54,539 nt of DNA from Gonapodya sp. JEL0774 (taxonomy: Eukaryota), in NCBI GenBank assembly GCA_027604505.1, contig JADIIX010000146.1, forward strand, positions 1 through 54,539, written 5' to 3'. Below the pieces are notes generated by a model, which was not told where the DNA came from, ran no database searches, and saw only the letters and a program-made list of their open reading frames with translations. The translations under genes and the position numbers were made by a program. Below are positions 50,053 to 54,539 of the stretch, one piece after another. Within the stretch, counting starts at the first letter, position 1; the number at the start of each line of letters is the position of its first letter.

Positions 50053-53000
50053 TTAAAACGAACCGGACACAATAGCTTGTACTTCGCCCTCTTTACACAA
50101 CACAGGCACTACTGACACAGCAGGTCTCCATCCCCTCGAATCTTCTTCTAGAAAGTCAGACAATCCTTCGTACAGTCGGAAACATCGAGACAAATGTCAA
50201 ACTCGGACGTCTCATGCAAACAGGCCTGAGTAAATCTCACCGACTGCAACAATGCTGAGAACACTTGGCGCGCAAAATACTCGGAGCAGGGGGAAGATTT
50301 TCATGGAATGCATCACACCACCGACACTTTGGCATACGGAAAGAAGACTGTTCAGCGCTGATCGCATATATGACGGTTGCAGGGGTGAGGTCGCGGCTGC
50401 AGCAGTGGAAGTGATCAACCGTTAAACCTATTACGTGATGCACCTCAGCACATGATCCCACTAAGTTGGAAAGTTCCACATGCTACGCTCCATTTCTGCA
50501 GTGCTCGTGCTACTGTTTTGACACCCGGCTCAGTTACGTCTGTAAACTGGCATCAGAATTGCGAGTATGACTTCGAAGTCGGGACAAGACGTACCATTCT
50601 GCTCCCTGGCGACCTCCGGGCCGTCAAATTGATTTAGCCGTGATTGGTCGAAGCTGCTATTATCTTCATCGATCCTCTTGTACCGGCGGTTGGTGGATAC
50701 TACCTCCCATTCCACTCGAGCGCCTCTCGGCAAAGCACCTGCCACCACATAGATACAAGGAATCAAATTTCCGCGTTCGCTCTGGGTATCGTGCAGTTAG
50801 CGAGAGTTCAGTTCAACCCGATCGTCAAATTGAAAGCCTACAGTGAGTGCTTCCCAATCTCTTCGGAGGCACGAAATGTCCTTGCGGTCGACAACCCAGC
50901 CCACTGCTCCAACGGCATCTTCCGAAAGGATGCCACCCATCGAATCTACCACAGCCGCGACATTCCGTAGAGCTAATCGTGAATGCGATTGAATCGCAGA
51001 GAGTGTGGCAGAGATTTCGTTTGAAGTGGGCAGAGTCATTGTATGTGGTACGAGAGGGATTTGGCCAGCGAGGAATAGTATGGGTCCAGCCTGGAAGACG
51101 AAACCAATTGGAACGCAATTTTTGAACCCAAAATGATCTATGATACGCACCGCGACCGCTTGACTGTACGGTCCAATGTTGGCGGGACTTCCCCACGCGA
51201 GCGTCAGAACTCAGAATCACAATCATTGAATTCATCGCCTTCGCACATACGCCCAGTACGAAATGCCCTGAACATGTAAGGCGTCTCTGTGAATATTCGC
51301 GACGACAGCTGTTGCATCAAGGTGCACCCGTCGGCCTTGGAGGGGGAGTTGTACGGTGACCCTTCAAACAGCTGATAAAGCGTCATCATTCCATGTAGCT
51401 TATGCTTTCCACCCCCAACTGACCTCGCCGGGGGACCAACACCCCAGAACTTCACGTAAGCAGCGTTCACACGAGCGAAATCCGCCATGGAGGAAACGTA
51501 CAGGTGTACAAGCGACACAGAAGACTTGGGAATGTTGGAGTGTGTTAGATTTTCTAAAAGATGAGGAGATAATGGAGGAGAAGGAGGCCTCGAAACTCCG
51601 AAACTGGAAGACGGTTCCCCATCCCCGTAATCGTACCATAAAGACAATTCAAAGCGTACCACACATCATCTTCAATCTTTTTTCCTGAATCTGCATTCCC
51701 CCAAGTAACACCAAGCGCGGCGGGTGTGCATGTTGAGCAGATGACGGGACCCTGCTCCGACACCAAGGGCAATTGCGGATCCGCAATGGTCTCTCCCGAT
51801 GCCAATCTTGAAGAATCGACCTCAACGGCATTCAAGAATTCCATTGCGTCCATTGCGTCATCAACTGAGTCGACATGCGTTTCTTTTGCACTCCACATCC
51901 TGCCCACTTCTTCCCACACTTCGGACTGAACTACGCGTAAGGCGTCGATCCACGAGTTATCAGGGGGGGAACTTTTTTCCACGAGCCGGGCTTCGAGTAT
52001 CCGAAGGTGTGCGGCAGGAGCGAGCAGAGGGTCGTCCAGTGCGTCTTCTGGATATATAGAGGTGCGTAATCTTGAGAAGGGGGTTTTCAATGAACAATCC
52101 AACCAGTCGTTCAAGTCTGCGACACCGTGATGGCGAACTTACAACTCGATTCGCTTGTTGCGAAAAAGGGGGCAGTCAAGAGTGAAGGTCTCGTATTCTC
52201 CACCTTCGCCAGCGGGGTTGATTTGGTATAATTGAGACTTGTAAAACAGTAGAAAATAATAAAACAGTTATCAGTCCATGGTGATCAAGTAGGGTCTACC
52301 CACTGCTTCGTGCAACAGAGGCTTCAGAGACGACACGGTGCGACCAAGGAGCCTTCGGGACAGTCCTGATGCAAATGAGATCATGCGAGAGTACGAAGGC
52401 AGAGGGAGTCAGTGGTTAGTCTGAACAACAAGTACATGAGCTTGCTCACTCACCCAAGCTGGCAACCTTGACGAGGACCGCCTCGACGAGCGCGGAGTCA
52501 AGCTCATGAAGCACCAATATTGGGTCATGGGCATATCGGCGCCAAAGTGGTGAGATTGATGTTAAGTTGAGGCGGAGGCATCTGTTTGTGAAAAGACAGA
52601 CGATGTAGACAGAATGTGTCACTCTCTTTGGGTCGACTCGCCAACGGCAGGCCACCAATTGTCATCACTCACACTCCTTCTACTCGACCGCGCTGATAAC
52701 TGGAAAGGATGGCCCCGGAGCATACGGCGTCCGCACCGGTGGAGTCCCGTGCTTCCCGAAGGAGGATGAAGAGATCTTCGACTTCATCCGTGTCCGATGG
52801 GGGTAAAGGGTCAGAAGAATGGATTTCAGCACGGTTAGACACAGTTTTCATTTCTTCATGGCCCCTGTCGTCACTCTGAGATGAAAAGTAGGGGTTCCCC
52901 ATATCGTCGAAGGTTCCGCCCACGACATACTCCTGGGTCTTGCAGACAGCCTTTCCGAGCGTTCTTCTACGAAATAGTGGAAGTTCTGCTGCCCTAGCAA

Positions 53001-53395
53001 AGAGTTCCACGGCCTCCGACGCGACTGTTTGAAACATGTAAGAGTCCAAATCAGCTGATACAGGTTCCCCACTTGCAGCTTCCACATCCGATCTTGCGAC
53101 TGGCTCGAACGGATGGATGTTTGCAAGTGCCACGATCTTGTGGCCCATAGCTACACAGTGCAAGAGAGCCAGAGTCGAATCTTTTCCACCACTGTCAATC
53201 AGAGAGGAGACACGGAGTACATTTTCAGATCACGATTCCGATCACCGCCATTAAACACACCGATAAATAGTCTTTGATGATTCATTGTCACCCTCCTGCC
53301 TTCTCCAGGACTCAGTCAAACCTCAGATCCTGGGTCCCGAGTGATGCAGAGTCTTCGCTGTAGTGGACCAACCTTATCAATCCAATGACTCGCAT
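50053..53395 (-). CDS. DPH6: Diphthine-ammonia ligase with C-terminal YjgF/RidA-like domains
   Basis: MRVIGLIS|GGKDS..HC..ALAN..LDSYMFQTV..DEVEDL..GAILSSYQRGRVE and INPAGEGGEYETFTLDCPLF. RidA-like segments read FARVNAAYVKFWGVGPPAR, LHVQGISYW, PANIGPYSQA, AGQIPLVP and LPRGARVEW. Confidence 0.95.
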
Positions 53396-53553
53396 CCTGG
53401 AATGAAATCTCCTAGTCGTTGCAACAAGAGAAGTAATTGCTGTCACAAATGCTCGGGGAGTGAGACAACAATTCTTCGAATGGCTAAGGACTACCAAGGG
53501 CCGCGAGCCCACCCGCCGAATGGCCACCGAGATTTTGATTAATTCACCACAAT

Positions 53554-54539
53554 AGGGCATGTGCGCTACCCGTAATTACGAGTAAAAAATTACGAGTAGC
53601 ACTTTGCCATAAATTACGAGTACAGACATGTGTGCGCTTCTCGTAATTACGAGTAGACCTTTATCCCCGAATCACACGAAAATGAACCCATCCACGCAAT
53701 ACCTGGCCAACGATTCGTCAGATGAAGATGAAGCAGCTTTGTCTCTGGCTGCAGTGCTGTTAATGGCTTCGTCTCTCCAAGCTGAGCGCCCTACTGTTGC
53801 TTCAAGTCGTCTGAATCTTGCAGCCATGAGTAACGCGGATTGTAGGCTTCATTTTCGGTGAGTTGTCTGCTGTACTTTGCGACTCTATGATGGATTTGAT
53901 GAGCTTTCCTTCAGTTTCTTTCGTGACGACATCTATCGCCTCACTACTGCTCTCAGTCTTCCAGGGACCATTATTCTTGAGAATCGGTCCCGTGTGACTG
54001 GCACAGATGCTCTCTGTGTTCTTCTCAATCGACTGGCGTTCCCGTCGCGCTTGCAGGTCATGGGTCAGCAGCTCTTCGGGAGGGAGTACACCCAACTCTC
54101 GAGGATAGCATCAGAGACGATGTCATTGATCGTGAATCGTTTCAAGCGCATACTGCGCTTTGATGAGACACGCTTGACACCGGAGCTGCTGCGGAAGTTC
54201 GCGGATGCAGTTGCAGCAAAAGGTGCTGGATATGTGGACTGCTTCGGGTTCGTGGATGGTACCATGAGGGCAATCTGCCGTCCTACACAGGATCAACGGA
54301 TTAGTTACAATGGATGGAAGCGATTTCACGCTGTGAAATTCCAAGGAGCCACCGCCCCCGACGGAATCATCTGGCACCTGAGCGGGCCATATGGTGGGCG
54401 ATGGCACGACATGAAGATATTCCGCAACAGTGATCTGTATGATATACTGGAGCAACATGGTGACTTACTATCGCACATTTTTTACTGATGGTCACAATGA
54501 ATCCTGCCCTTTGACCGATGTCATTCCAGCCTTTGACCC
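53554..54539 (+). mobile_element. PIF/Harbinger-superfamily (IS5-like DDE) DNA transposon, left end; runs off the window
   Basis: Putative TIR AGGGCATGTGCGCTAC... preceded by AAT, four subterminal AATTACGAGTA repeats (53574, 53588, 53612, 53645), and a transposase gene downstream. Confidence 0.85.
53682..54539 (+). CDS. HARBI1-like DDE transposase (introns 53858-53914 and ~54460-54529), truncated by window end
   Basis: CRLHFR|FFRDDI.., RLAFPSRL..LFGR, CFGFVDGTMRAICRP..YNGWKRFHAVKFQ..PDGII..GP..GRWHD. No stops in the visible exons. Confidence 0.92.

Noticed and set aside
50450..51662. RidA-like domains as a novel fusion
   Set aside because: Dph6 fused to YjgF/RidA domains is the known fungal architecture.
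53574..53655. Short repeats with spacers resembling a mini CRISPR array
   Set aside because: The repeats are only 11 bp and irregularly spaced, in a eukaryotic context next to a DDE transposase. They are better explained as subterminal transposase-binding repeats.

Overview
Gene-dense, intron-rich eukaryotic DNA. The proteins look fungal, and the many short GT-AG introns and CpG-decayed transposons suggest an early-diverging fungus (inference only). Positions 1-3.9 kb hold decayed retroelements: a LINE RT relic, two Ty1/copia remnants with very short LTRs, and a nested insertion. About 20 spliced genes follow: VPS9, ATG8, ARH1, mitochondrial ProRS, a large orphan vWA protein, RPN8, SmD2, RPL27, SUS1, the TFIIIC B-block-binding subunit, YPT1/Rab1, S-formylglutathione hydrolase, an AAAP amino acid transporter, two small single-pass membrane proteins, AIM29, NOP15, a cAMP-receptor-like GPCR, DPH6 and two unresolved loci. 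The right end is the left part of an apparently intact PIF/Harbinger-superfamily DNA transposon. The most interesting locus is the TFIIIC large-subunit gene. It has a spliced-in PHD finger and a perfect B-box (its own binding site) about 90 bp upstream of its ATG, which suggests a histone-reading, self-regulated TFIIIC. Gene models were spliced by eye, so boundaries are approximate, and family assignments come from remembered motifs, not database searches.
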